This document shows positions 47,401-59,580 of a DNA stretch of 64,000 nucleotides, piece by piece. Every line of letters begins with the position of its first letter. Positions within the stretch are counted from its first letter, which is position 1. Origin of the DNA: Octopus vulgaris (taxonomy: Eukaryota); NCBI GenBank assembly GCA_951406725.2, contig OX597828.1, positions 19,344,001 through 19,408,000 of the forward strand, written 5' to 3'. A model generated the notes under the pieces. The model saw only the letters and a list, made by a program, of their open reading frames with translations, was not told where the DNA came from and ran no database searches. The position numbers were made by a program, and so were the translations under genes.

Positions 47401-48202
47401 AACACAAGAAAGAACGGTCAAACCACGGTTACTTAACCACAAGAGTACCTCCTTTCAGCATGCGAAAACTGAAGGCAGTGCGGCCAACCAAGAGGAAGTT
47501 ATAGTGAAGGGGTCACCGACTGTCTTTGGTCATTAGTATAGTGAAGGTGGTCACTATTATAGTGAATTTGTCACTACTTTGTAGCTTGTTGCTATAACAC
47601 AATGAAGTGTCCACAGTGGTATCTCGTTAAAAACTGTGTCTATGTGTTTGTTCAATAGTAAGGAAGGACGGGAAATTGGTATACAGAAACAGACGGACAG
47701 AACTCAACTGGTTCAATTGTAAAGTTTATTCACAGCAGTGGGTTACATACAATGTAATGCCTTGTATAAGATTTCGGTAAAGTTGTGTTCTATAGAGATG
47801 CCTGTAGTGGTGAATGAATGTGTGAAGACATTAGATGTACTTTGTGTATATAGAAAGAGACTTGATAGAAATGTTTCTAGTAAACATGGGAGATAACGGC
47901 ATTGAGATTGGTCGATACTGTTAGCGCACTTGGACGAAGAGTTGTTCTTGTCAGAGAGACGCCAGCGCAAACACGATAGAACCAAACTACAAACTCTTGG
48001 AGAAACGAAGTTAAGGAACTCAATTAAACATGGCCGCAGACACATTATATAAGTGACAATTGGACGCAGTAGAGGGAGCTTATTTATTCGGCCAACCACA
48101 GACCAAGGATAGAGCTGTAAGCTTACAGTGTTGTTTCAGCCTACTTTGAGATTAAAAATGTATGTATAAAACTAATGCTAGTATAGACATACTTGAAAGT
48201 TT

Positions 48203-48550
48203 GGATCTTTTCACTTTGACCGGCCGATTTAAAAAATAATTTCTTTGTAACTAAACACTTTTAAACTTCGTATTCTGGTAGAATCTGTTACATAAAACAT
48301 CTTTTTCTCTTGGCTTTCTTGAGAAAATTCTGTAGTTTGTAAGCTATTTGTTATTAAATTTCTTGCATTTCGGCAATTTCAACCAATCAATGACGTCTAT
48401 TGAGGTGAATACAATTTCTGCTGTTATTTATCAACAACTTCCTGCGGTCTCAATTTAGTTTGTCACTGTTATTTATGACATATTTCATATCAGTCACGTT
48501 CGTATAAATGAAAGATTGTGGGGTTAGGGTTAAGGGTAAGGGTAAAGGTT
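48203..48550. mobile_element. Fold-back MITE arm followed by a TTAGGG-like tract
   Basis: Starts GGATCTTTTCACTTTGAC, matches 5620-5890, then gggttagggttaagggtaagggtaa. Confidence 0.75.
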
Positions 48551-48609
48551 TTTTTTTCCTTCAGAAATGTAAATAAACACACGTGGGTTTATAAGTGACA
48601 GCTGCACCG

Positions 48610-49950
48610 CCGGAAATTCTTGTTGAACTTTCCATAAAATCCTCGGAAATTTCCATGAAGTTTTCAACCAATTTTCCAGGAAGTTATACAATCCTCGGAA
48701 CTTTCTAGGAAGTTTTCGACCAATTTTCCAGGAAGTTAGAAAATCCTCGGATCTTTTCAGGACGTTTTCGACCAATTTACAAGGAAGTTAGATAATCCTC
48801 GGAACTTTCCAGGACGTTTCCCGACCAATTTCCAGGAGGTTGGAAAATTCTCGGAACTTTCCAGGAAGTTTTCGACCAATTTACAAGGAAGTCAGAAAAT
48901 CCTCGGAACTTTCCAGAAAGTTTTCGACCAATTTACAAGGAAGTTAGAAAATCATCGTAACTTTCCAGGAAGTTTTCGATCAATTTCCAGAAATTTACAA
49001 AAATCTTCTGAACTTTCCAGGAAGTTTTCGACCAATTTACAAGGAAGTTAAAAAATCCACGGAACTTTCCTGGAAGTTCTCGACCAATTTACAAGGAAGC
49101 TAGAAACTCCTCGGAACTTTCCAGGAAGTTTTCGACCAATTTACAAGGAAGTTAGATAATCCTCGGAACTTTCTAGGAAGTTTTATACCAATTTACACGA
49201 AGTCAGAAAACCCTTGGAATTCCCATAAAATCCACGGGACTTTCCAAGAAGTTTTCGATCAATTTTCCAGGAAGTACGGGAATCCCCGGAACATTCCATG
49301 AATTCATCGGAACATTCCAGGAAGTTTCTGAATATTTTCCCATGAATTTGGGGAATCACCGGGACTTTCCATGAAATCCTCGGAACTTCCCAGGAAGTTT
49401 CCAAGAAGTTTAGGAAATTTCCTGAAGCTTCCATGAAATCCTCGGAACTTTCTGACAAATTTTTCAGGATGTTTTGGAATCCGCGGAATTTTCCACGAAA
49501 TCCCCGGAACTTTCCAGGAAGTCTCCGACCAACTTTCCAGGAAATTGGTGGAATCCCCGATACTTTCCATTGAATCGTCGGTACTTTCCAGGAAATTTCC
49601 GACCGATTATCTAGGAAGTTGGGGAAATCCTGGAACTTTCCATGAAATCCGCGAAACTTCCAAGGAAGTTTCCGACCAATTTTACAGAAAGTTGAGGATA
49701 TCCCCATAACTTTCCATGAAATCCTCGGAACTTCCAATGAATTTTCCTACAAATTTTTGCAGCAAGTTGGGGAATCTCGGAACTTACCATGAAATCCTCG
49801 AAACTTCCCAGGACGTTTCCGGCCAATTTTCTTGGGTGTTGGGTAATACCTTGAACTTTCCATGAAATCCTTGGAACTTTCAAGGAAGTTTCCGACCAAT
49901 TTTCTAGGAATTGGGGAATCTCCGCAACTTTCCATGAAATCTTCGGAACT
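48610..49950. repeat. 52-bp satellite (consensus ~aaaatcctcggaactttccaggaagttttcgaccaatttacaaggaagttag), block 1
   Basis: cgacc recurs at 48873 and 48925. The distal part shifts to a longer variant containing tttccatgaaatcctcgg. Confidence 0.92.
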
Positions 49951-51129
49951 GACTAAAAGCGCGACTGTGGTTATATGATCGCAAAGCGTTAACGCTTATG
50001 TATCTTTTTGTTGCGATAAAATGATTTGTCAAGGTTTGAGAAATGACAGAACCATCAGTTTGTTTATAAAATATTGCAGAAGGTTGAGTCAGGATGAACA
50101 AATGCGAGGAGTGTCATGGAATTTGTAATGTCTGTATAATAGGTACACACTCGGAAAAAAGCGTATGGACAAAACTTGAGACAGATAGTGGTAGACAGAA
50201 GGCTTAGATGTTTAGTGTAGAGCAAGGAAACTCTTGTGATTTAGCAGACCTCATTGCGAGGAAAAACACAACTGTGGTTACACGACCTCAAAATGTTCGC
50301 GCTGTTTTTGTGGAGATAACATGATTTATCTGAGTAACAGCAGTTACCAATAAAAGTGAATAATCGGTTTATGTGATCTTCATAAAAGATTTCAGAGAAC
50401 TGTTTGCTGTTAACATGAGAAACACGGAATTTGTCTGTAATGCTAGTATGATACGTAGATGCTCGGAAAAAGTAGACCGCCTAACATTTTTGAGACAGTT
50501 ACTAGAAGGCAGAAGGCCTAGATGTTTCATACGTAGAACAAGAAAGAATTTAAATGTCCTCGGTGGCGTGGAGAGAGAGGAGACTGGTATGCATGGGCGT
50601 CTACTGGTCTTCCATAAACAACCTTGCCCTGACTTGTGTCTAGGAGGGTAACTTTCTAGGTGCAATCCCATGGTCAGTCATGACCGAAGGGGGTCTCAGT
50701 ATATTATCATTTGAGTAAGGCGGCGAGCTAGGAGAATTAGTAACGCTTCGGATAAGATGCTTAGTGTTATCACGTCCAGCATTAGATTTTGAGTTCGGCT
50801 TTGCCTATCTTTCCTTCGGGCTCAATAATTTATGTACCAGCTGCGCACTGGGGTCAACCCGAATATCCGAGTTCCCCTTTCCAAGTATTGAGCTTATAGT
50901 AAAAAGGATTATTATTACTATTGTGAGGTTGGTAGTATTGATAGTAGTGCTCATGGTGGTAGTGATGATGATGATGATGATGATGAAGAGGAGGATAATG
51001 GCGTTGATGGCGATGATGATAAAAGTTATGAAAGCATGCATGATGCAAGGAAGGGAAAAAGAAAAGAAGGTAAGCGATGACGCCTTTGGTGCTAATAATG
51101 CTTGTGCTGTGGCTGCTGCTGTTGCTGAT

Positions 51130-51186
51130 AATGACGACAACGACGACGATGACGACGACGACGATGATGATGACGACGACGACGAT

Positions 51187-51218
<32 letters not shown>

Positions 51219-51260
51219 CGACGACGATGTTGATGATGATAATGAGGACGACGGTGATGA
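51130..51260. repeat. (GAC/GAT)n trinucleotide repeat
   Basis: Directly visible; produces a poly-Asp artefact ORF. Confidence 0.9.
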
Positions 51261-51768
51261 TAGAAGACCAAAACGCTAATGATATTAAAATGTAGGGCTA
51301 ATTTATCGGCAAGAAATGCGATACGGTAACAAAATAATGAGTGATTTGTAGAACAATTAACTGAGACAAGCAAACAAATATGTAATAACGACCATAATAA
51401 TAATAATAATGATGATGATGATGATGATGATGAGGATGATGAGGATGATGATGAGGTTTATGATAATCACGGTAATAATGATAATGATAATAGCAATAAC
51501 AAACTGTAACAAACATAAAGCCCCAACCAAAACATACAACACTTTAATATGAACGATTAGAAAATTAGAAAATAGCAGTTAATGGCGTCATTTAAAGGAT
51601 GTTCTTTGTTTATTGAAATAAGGACAGAGGAAAGAATGTGAAGTGGAAGGAAGGTAGGCAGGAAGGTAGGAAGGAAGAAAGGAAGGGGGGAGTAAAGAAG
51701 TGAGAGAAAAAGAGAGAAACGAAGATGTGAATGTTAGTCATTTAATACAGAGGGATGGAGAATGCAAT

Positions 51769-51799
<31 letters not shown>

Positions 51800-51949
51800 T
51801 GAGGGCGAGAGAGGGAAGAGGGAAGAGGGAGGGACAGAGAGTATGTGAGAGTGAGATGGAGAAAAGTAAAGAAAGAAGTGCTGGAAAAAAAAATTTCCAA
51901 AGAATGTTTGAATGAGCGAAGGAGAGAAAAGTAATGTAAATTGATAGAT

Positions 51950-54445
51950 GTGAGACATTTTCATCAGACATTTTCCTCAAACATTTTCATCAGATATTTT
52001 TATCAAACATTTTCATCAAACATTTTTATCAAACATTTTCATCAAACATTTTTCATCAGATATTTTCAGCAAGCAGTATCATTACACATTTTCAACAGAA
52101 ATTTTCATCAGACATTTTCATCAAACATTTTCATCAAACATTTTCAGCAGACATTTTTATCAAACATTTTCATCAGATATTTTTATCTAACATTTTCATC
52201 AAACATTGTCATCATACATTTTCATCAGACATTTTCATCAAACATTTTCATCAGACATTTTCATAAACCATTTCATCAAATATTTTCATCAGATATTTTC
52301 ATCAAACATTTTTATCAATCATTTCATCAAACATTTTCAGACATTTTCATCAGATATTATCGTCAAACAATTCATCAGATATTTTCATCAGACATTTTCA
52401 TCAAACATTTTCATCAAACATTTTCATCAGACACTTTCATCAAACATTTTTATCAAACATTTCATCAAACATTTTCATCATTGTTATCAGACATTTTCAT
52501 CAGACATTTTCATCAAATATTTTCATCAAACATTTTCATCAGACATTTTCATCAAACATTTTCATCAAACATTTTCATCATACATTTGCATCAAAAATTG
52601 ATAGATGTGAGAAAGAAACAAAGTGTGAAATCATCAAACCTTTTCATCAGACTTTTTTATCAAACATTTTCATCAGACATTTTCCTCAAACAATTTCATC
52701 AAACATTGTTATCAGACATTTTCATCAGACATTTTCATCATATGATGAATGACATTTTTATCAGATATTTTCATGAAACATTTTCATCTGATATTTTCAT
52801 CAAGCATTTTCATCGAACATTTTCATCAGATATTTTCATCAAATATTTTTTCTCAAACATATCAAGCATTTTCATCAGACATTTTCATCAGATATTTTCG
52901 TCAAACAAATTCATCCCACATTTTCATTAAACATTTTCATCAGATATTTTCATCAAACATTTTCATCAAACATTTGTATCAGACATTTTCATCAAACATT
53001 TACATCAAACATTTTCATCAAATATCTTTATCAAACATTTTCATCAAACATTTTTCATCAGATATTTTCATCAAACATTTTCAGCAAACATTTTCACATT
53101 TTCATCAAACATTTTCATCATACATTTTCATCAAAAATTGATAGCTGTTAGAAAGAAACAAAGTGTGAAATCATCAAACATTTTCATCAGACATTTTTAT
53201 CAAACATTTTCATCAGACACTTTCCTCAAACATTTTCATGAGACATTTTTATCAAACATTTTCATCAGACATTTTTATCAAACATTTTCATCAAATATTG
53301 TTATCAGACATTTTCATCAGATATTTTCATCAGACATATACATCAAACATTTTCATCAGACATTTTTATCAAACATTTTCATCAAATATTGTTATCAGAC
53401 ATTTTCAGACATTTTCATCATACATTTTCATCAAACATTTTCATCAGACATTTTCATAAAGCATCTTCATCAGACATTTTCATCAGATATTTCATCAAAT
53501 ATATTCAGACATCTTTATCAGATATTTTTGTCAAACACTTTCATCAGACATATTCATCAAACATTTTCATCAGACATTTGCATCAAACATTTTCATCAAA
53601 CATTTTCATCATACATTTGCATCAAAAATTGATAGCTGTTAGAAAGAAACAAAGTGTGAAATCATCAAACATTTTCATCAGACATTTTTATCAAACATTT
53701 TCATCAGACATTTTTATCAAACATTTTCATCAAATATTGTTATCAGACATTTTCATCAGACATTTTCATCATACATTTTCATCAAACATTTTCATCAGAC
53801 ATTTTCATAAAGCATCTTCATCAGACATTTTCATCAGATATTTCATCAAATATATTCAGACATCTTTATCAGATATTTTTGTCAAACACTTTCATCAGAC
53901 ATATTCATCAAACATTTTCATCAGATATTTTCATCAAACCGTTTAATCAAACATTTTATCAGATATTTCATCAGACATTTCCATCAAATATTTTCATCAA
54001 ACATTTTCATCAGATATTTTCATCAAACATTTTCATCAAACATTTTCATCATACATTTGCATCAAACATTGCATCAAACATTTTCATTAGTTATATTCAT
54101 AAACATTTTCATCATTGTTATCAGAGATTTTCATTAGACACTTTCATCGGACATTTTCATCAAATATTTTCATCAGACATTTTCATCAAACATTTTCATC
54201 AGACATTTTTATTAAACGTTTTCTTCAAACATTTTCATCAGACATATTCATTAGACATTTTGCATCAGACATTTTGCATCAGACATTTTGCATCAGACAT
54301 TTTCATCAAACATTTTCATCAGACATTTTCATCAAACATTTCATCAAGCATTTTCAGCAGAGATTTTTATCAAATATTTTCATCAGATATTTTTATCTAA
54401 CATTTTCATCATTTTCATCAAAAGTTTTCATCAGATATTATCATC
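51950..54445. repeat. 13-bp satellite (cattttcatca[a/g]a)n with ~0.5-kb higher-order units
   Basis: The monomer is repeated across 2.5 kb. The spacer aaaaattgatag(a/c)tgt(g/t)agaaagaaacaaagtgtgaaatc recurs at ~52593, ~53133 and ~53624. Confidence 0.95.
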
Positions 54446-56146
54446 AGGAAGTTTTCGACCAATTTCCTCGAAGTTAGAAAATCCTCGGAACATTCCAGGA
54501 AGTTTTCTGCCAATTTACAAGGCAGTTAGAAAATCCTCGGAACTTTCCAGGAAGTTTTCGATCAATTTTCCAGGAAGTGTAAATAGCCTCGGGTTTTTCC
54601 TGGAAGTTTTTTACCAATTTACAAGTAAGTTAGAAAATCCCCGGAACTCCCCAGGAAGTTTTCGGCCAATTTCCAGGAAGTTGTAAAATCCTCGGAACCA
54701 GGAGGTTTTCGACCAATTTCGAGGATGGTAGAAAATCATCGGAACTTTACACGAAGTTTTAGATCAATTTACAAGGAAGTTAGAAAATCCTCGGAAGTTT
54801 TCGGCAAATTTCCAGGAAGATTGATATTCCTCAGAACTTTCCAGGAAGTTTTCAACCAATTTACAGGAAGTTAGATAACCCTCGGAAGTTTCCGACCAAT
54901 TTCCACGAAGTTAGAAAATCCTCGGAACATTTCAGGAAGTTTTCGGCCAATTTCCAGAAAGTTTCATAATCCTTGGAAATTTCCAGGAAGTTTTCGACCA
55001 ATTTACAAGGAAGTTAGAAAATCCTCGGCAGTTTCCAGGAAGTTTTCGACCAATTTCCACGAAGTTAGAAAATCCTCGTAACATTCCAGGAAGTTTTCGG
55101 CCAATTTCCAGAAAGTTTCATAATCCTCGGAAATTTCCAGGAAGTTTTCGACCAATTTACAAGGAGGTTAGAAAATCCTCGGAACTTTGCAGGACGTTTT
55201 CGACCAATTTACAAGGTAGTTCGATAATCCTCGGATCTTTCCAGGAAGTTTTCGATCAATTTTCCAGGAAGTTAAAAAATTCCTCGGAACTTTCCAGGAA
55301 GCTTTTTACCAATGTTGCAGGAAGTTTTAAATTTCGTGGAAGTTTCCAGGAAGTTCCCTACTAATTTTCTAGGAAGTTAGAATCACCTTGGAACTTTTCA
55401 TGAAGTCATCGGTAATTTCCAGGAAGTTTTCGACTAAATTTCGAGGAAATTAGAAAATCGTCGGAACTTTCCAAGAAGTTTTCTGCTAATTTTCCGGGAA
55501 AATCGATATCCTCGGAACATTCAATGAAGTTTATGACCAATTTTCCAGAAAGTTAGAAAAATCTTGGAACTTTCCATCAGATCCTCGGAACTTTCCAGGA
55601 GTTTTCCAACAAAATTTCTAGGAGGAAATAAAATCCTTGGAACTTTTCGACCAATTTTTGCAGGAACATTTTGAACAATTTCCACAATTAATTAAATCCT
55701 TGGAACTTTCTGTAAAATCTTTTCCCAGGAAGTTACAAAATCCTCGGAACTTTCCAGGAAATTCTCGATGTTTTCCAGTTTCATCCTCGGAATTTTCCAT
55801 GAAATCCTTTGAATTTTCCAGGAAGTCTGATCCTTGGACCTTTCCCGGAAGTCTTTCATTAGTGGAAATTTCCATGAAATCCCTGGAATTTTTCCTTGAA
55901 TTGCTCTCAACTTTCCATGAAGTGTTCATCCTCGGAACTTTCAGGGAACTCCTCGGAATCTTCCATGAAGTCTCATCCTCGGAACTTTTGTATGAAATCC
56001 TCGGAATTTTCCAGGAAATATCCACGGATCTTTCCTAAAACTCCTTGGAATTTTCCAGCAATTCTACTCCTCGGAACTTTCCATGAAATACTAGGGATTT
56101 TCCATGAAATCTCATCCTCGGAACTTTCCATGAAATCCTTGGAAAT
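54445..56146. repeat. 52-bp satellite, block 2 (same family and orientation as 48610-49950)
   Basis: Same consensus; decays into shorter tcctcggaactttccatgaa subunits distally. Confidence 0.92.
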
Positions 56147-56149
56147 TAT

Positions 56150-56410
56150 ATACGTTATTTACATTATTTACATTCGATGGATATTTGTCCTCATCTTGTT
56201 TGTTGTTAACACAACGTTTTGGCTGATATACCCTCCTGCCTTCTTCATGTGTCTTGGGGAAATTTCGAACCTGTGTTCTCATTCCTAAGGTCTTTTTCGA
56301 TGTTATTATTATTGTTGTTTTTGTTGTTAGTGTTCAGATCACTGCTTGGAATCGAACTTGGAATCTTGGGGTTAGTAGCCCGCGCTCTTAACCACTACGC
56401 CATATGTCCC
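56150..56410 (-). mobile_element. tRNA-headed short element containing a degenerate hammerhead motif
   Basis: Minus strand: tggcgtagtggttaag (A box), gggctactaaccc stem-loop and gttcgattcc (B box) at 56342-56410, then ACAC-aTGAAGA-A-GGCAG...CAGCC-aAAACGTT-GTGT at 56208-56253. Confidence 0.55.
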
Positions 56411-57404
56411 CCAACAATTTTCCATATGAATGTGATAGTATATATTTCTCTTTGGTGTCAAGAGACTCAGCGCTTTCAGACATTCTCGGTAAATAAGACT
56501 TTTAACTGAAGGTATTTTACCAGTGAACATTCCTTGTAACCCTTCAATTTCTTCTATGAGACCGGATGAGCTAGCAGATTAAAATTGTAAGCAGTAATAT
56601 AAACTGCTCAGAACTAGGGTTTTCCCTAAAAATAAAACTACCGGTTCCCTTGTCATGAATGTTCGTAGGATGCAGCCTATGAGTTTGCTGCATTTAAAGG
56701 TTAGTTTGATAATATGGCTGATGGAAAAGGCATCATTTGACATGATTACACCTAAGTCCTGTATGTCATTAGCGTTCTGAATCATTATGTTACCTTGTGT
56801 CAAATATTACGATTTGGGTGAATTTGTTTGTAATGAAGAATCTGAAATTTTGATGTACAAATTTTCGTATTTTTTCAGGTTTAGCTCCTAGCCATCGATA
56901 TTCTTGTGTAATTCATTCCCTGATGTATGCGACGTATTACATGTAACTTAGAGAGAAATCCATTTGCAGTTATAGGTTGACTCCTACCGTGTGGGGAGTT
57001 AAAGAACCATTCTCTGACTTTTCCTGTGATACCAAGATTTCTTAAATTATGGCATATGATTCCATGATCAGTCTTATCAAACGCCTTAACAATATCAAGG
57101 TTTTAACAGTCAATGATCTTTTCCCCTAAGAGATTATTAGAGGTAGTGTTATGATGCTGTAAGAATTGTGACAGGCAGCTTCGTTCAGTCCGAAAGCTAT
57201 ACCGAGTGTCATCTAAGTTGTTTTCATCCAGGTATGTTATTACTTTTTGTCTTCGGACAAGGCATTGGATAATTTTAGATGTGTAAGACGTGAGGGAAGC
57301 AGGTCTGTAATTTTTAGCTTCAGCACTGCTACCTCCTTTGTACCTATATAGGTTTTATTGTAGCTTCTTTCAATAGTCTCGGGAATATGGCGGTATCTGG
57401 CGAC

Positions 57405-57550
57405 AGGAGTGGCTGTGTGGTAAGTAGCTTGTTTACCAACCACATGGTTCCGGGGTTCAGTCCCTTGGGCAAGTGTCTTCTACTATAGCCTCGGGCCGAC
57501 CAAAGCCTTGAGAGTGGATTTGGTTGACGGAAACTGAAAGAAGCCCGTCG

Positions 57551-57581
<31 letters not shown>

Positions 57582-57799
57582 CGCGTGTGTGTGTTTGTGT
57601 GTCTGTGTTTGTCCCCCTAGCATTGCTTGACAACCGAAGTCCCCGTAACTTAGCGGTTCGGCAAAAAAGACCGATAGAATAAATACTGGCTTACAAAAGA
57701 ATAAGTCTCGGGGTCGAGTTATCGATTAAAGGCAGTGCTCCAGCATGGCCGCAGTCAAATGACTGAAACAATTAAAAGAGAGTAAAAGAGTAAAGAGTA
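57405..57799 (+). mobile_element. SINE family A
   Basis: Copy with small internal deletions. Confidence 0.85.
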
Positions 57800-57959
57800 C
57801 CTTTAATGATTTCATGAGGTGGTTTTTGCACGTTTTTTAGCAATATAACTGGAATACTATTTGGTACAGATGCTGAGTTTGGGTCTAAATCATTAATACC
57901 CGCAAGTATATCAACTTCCATATTAATTTTAAGTTGTGTCTCTGCACCTGAGTTGTGGG

Positions 57960-59580
57960 ATCAAAGAATTCGCTTAGATTATGCACGGGGCTGCGATACG
58001 GACAGAGAATGCGGCCTTCTGCCTGTTGAAACGAAAGTGTCGGGGATAGAGTTTGCGATTATGCCCGCAAATGGTAGGTTTACATGTCCGTTGAAGATGT
58101 TGAAAGCCGGATGAGATCTCCCTGCATCCTCCGTCGTTTGAGTGAAGGCAATGCCAGCCGTTGGAGATGTTCCTCTTACACAAGCTTAGGCAAGCCCGTT
58201 CCCATTCGGGTGGCCAAGTGGTGAACCCATTCCAGGTGCTGAATGTCTTTCTGGAGATATGGGTTTGAGGTATGGATGCAATATTCGAGGATGGGTCTGT
58301 AACGGGAATGAGTAGCTTTTTGCACTTTTAGGGTGCAACTGGTGCAATCACAATTTCCGTTGCTTTACTTTCCAGATTCTACCAGTCAGAAAACACAAGA
58401 CGCAAACGTAAAAAATATATACTCTTTATTGTCTTATCCACAGAACGAAATAAGTGGTGTATCTGGTATCCCTTGGTTCTGGATGTGCAAGGCTGAACTT
58501 TAACGCTGTAAGATTTCACAAGTTCAACTGCAAACAGAACTGGTCATAATGGCGTCCTAGGGAGCGAAGAGAAATACGGTCTGCAACCTTTGATCGCTGT
58601 GCCTCAAGTCTCTGCCTACTGCTGACTGCTGCTATATCTCTCTCTGTCTTTTTAAGGTTCACGCTCCCTTCGCCTAATCAGCTAACGCCACATCAGCAAA
58701 TCCCTTCTTCCGGTCTTCGCGCATGCGCGAGAGGGCTCTTCCCTTCTGCCTTTCCTGAAGGACTCCAACCCCGCACACGCGAAACTGAAGTGGCGTTGCA
58801 CGCGCGCGCGCTGTTGGATAGCGTCACTACAGGTCGAACTAGAGTGATATATACAGGCCAAAAGAGTCCATTGAAAGGTTGGCAAAGGATCTGTGCATGA
58901 GGAAAAGATTCCTTCTGGCTTTGTTCGCCGCCTCGATACCCTGCCGTGGTAGTTTGAAAGTGTATCGATCATTATGCCGAGATCCTTTTCTTCAGTGACC
59001 ATCTTAAGATGTTGGTGTTTGTGGCCAAGAGTCAAGGGAGAGTTTGGAGGTGAACCTATTGGCAAATGGCTGCATTTTGAGGCGTTCAAGTTAAGATTCC
59101 ATTCTTCCGCCCAATTCCAAGCTTGGTTCAGCGACGATTGGAGTATATCGTATTGATTCCTAGGTGAGACAAGTTTGACGTCGTCTGCAAATAGGAGAAC
59201 TCTTCCACCAAGAAAATCTGGCAGGTCGGTGATATAGAGATGGAAAGTATTGGCCCCAGCACCGACCCCTGGGGAACGCCGCTGCATGCATTCGTCTCCG
59301 CGGGGAGATCTCCATTTATCTGCATCCAAATGGTTCGATAGCTCAGGAAGGAAGAAATCCGAAAAGTCACCAATTAATGAATCTTGAATGCTCGAAGTTT
59401 GCGCAAGAGAAGTCAGTGATTAACGGAGTCAAACGCCTTTGCGAAGTCCAAAAATACCACGCCCGCCAAGTCTTTTTCATCTATGGTCCTTGTAATCCAT
59501 TCTTCAAGAAGGAGAAGATTTATTAGGCAAGATCTTCAGGGTAGAAATCCATGCTGCGAGTCGGATATTTCTTTGTACCA
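57960..59580 (-). mobile_element. CR1/L2-type LINE 3' portion (reverse transcriptase), split by a solo LTR
   Basis: DFAKAFDSV, SGVPQGSVLGP, LLFADDVKL, EEKDLGI, ITLVRP|ILEY (rejoined across the insertion) and FSVR; several frameshifts. Confidence 0.85.
58298..58831. mobile_element. Solo LTR (534 bp) with 4-bp TSD GGTC
   Basis: TGTAAC...ACTACA termini with ggtc at 58294-58297 and 58832-58835. Removing it restores the LINE peptide ITLVRPILEY. Minus-strand AATAAA near 58425. Confidence 0.85.

Noticed and set aside
47743-48099. 118-aa minus-strand ORF in apparently unique sequence
   Set aside because: No recognisable motif or splice context; probably a decayed repeat.
50040-50560. Diverged local duplication with a faint piggyBac-like peptide (KVDRLTFLRQLLEG)
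   Set aside because: Too degenerate to assign without a profile search.
50764-51542. Poly-Asp, poly-Met/Thr and poly-His ORFs
   Set aside because: Trinucleotide microsatellites plus SINE sequence.
51941-54686. Long ORFs (up to 329 aa) of HFHQTFSSNIFIK repeats
   Set aside because: They are translations of a 13-bp satellite that lacks stops on the plus strand, with no splice or start context.
48610-56146. Regular repeats superficially like a CRISPR array
   Set aside because: Tandem satellite monomers with no unique spacers, no cas genes, and a eukaryotic context.
56342-56410. tRNA gene (also the heads at 5035-5105 and 61350-61426)
   Set aside because: The acceptor stem does not pair and each is joined to repeat body sequence, so these are SINE heads.
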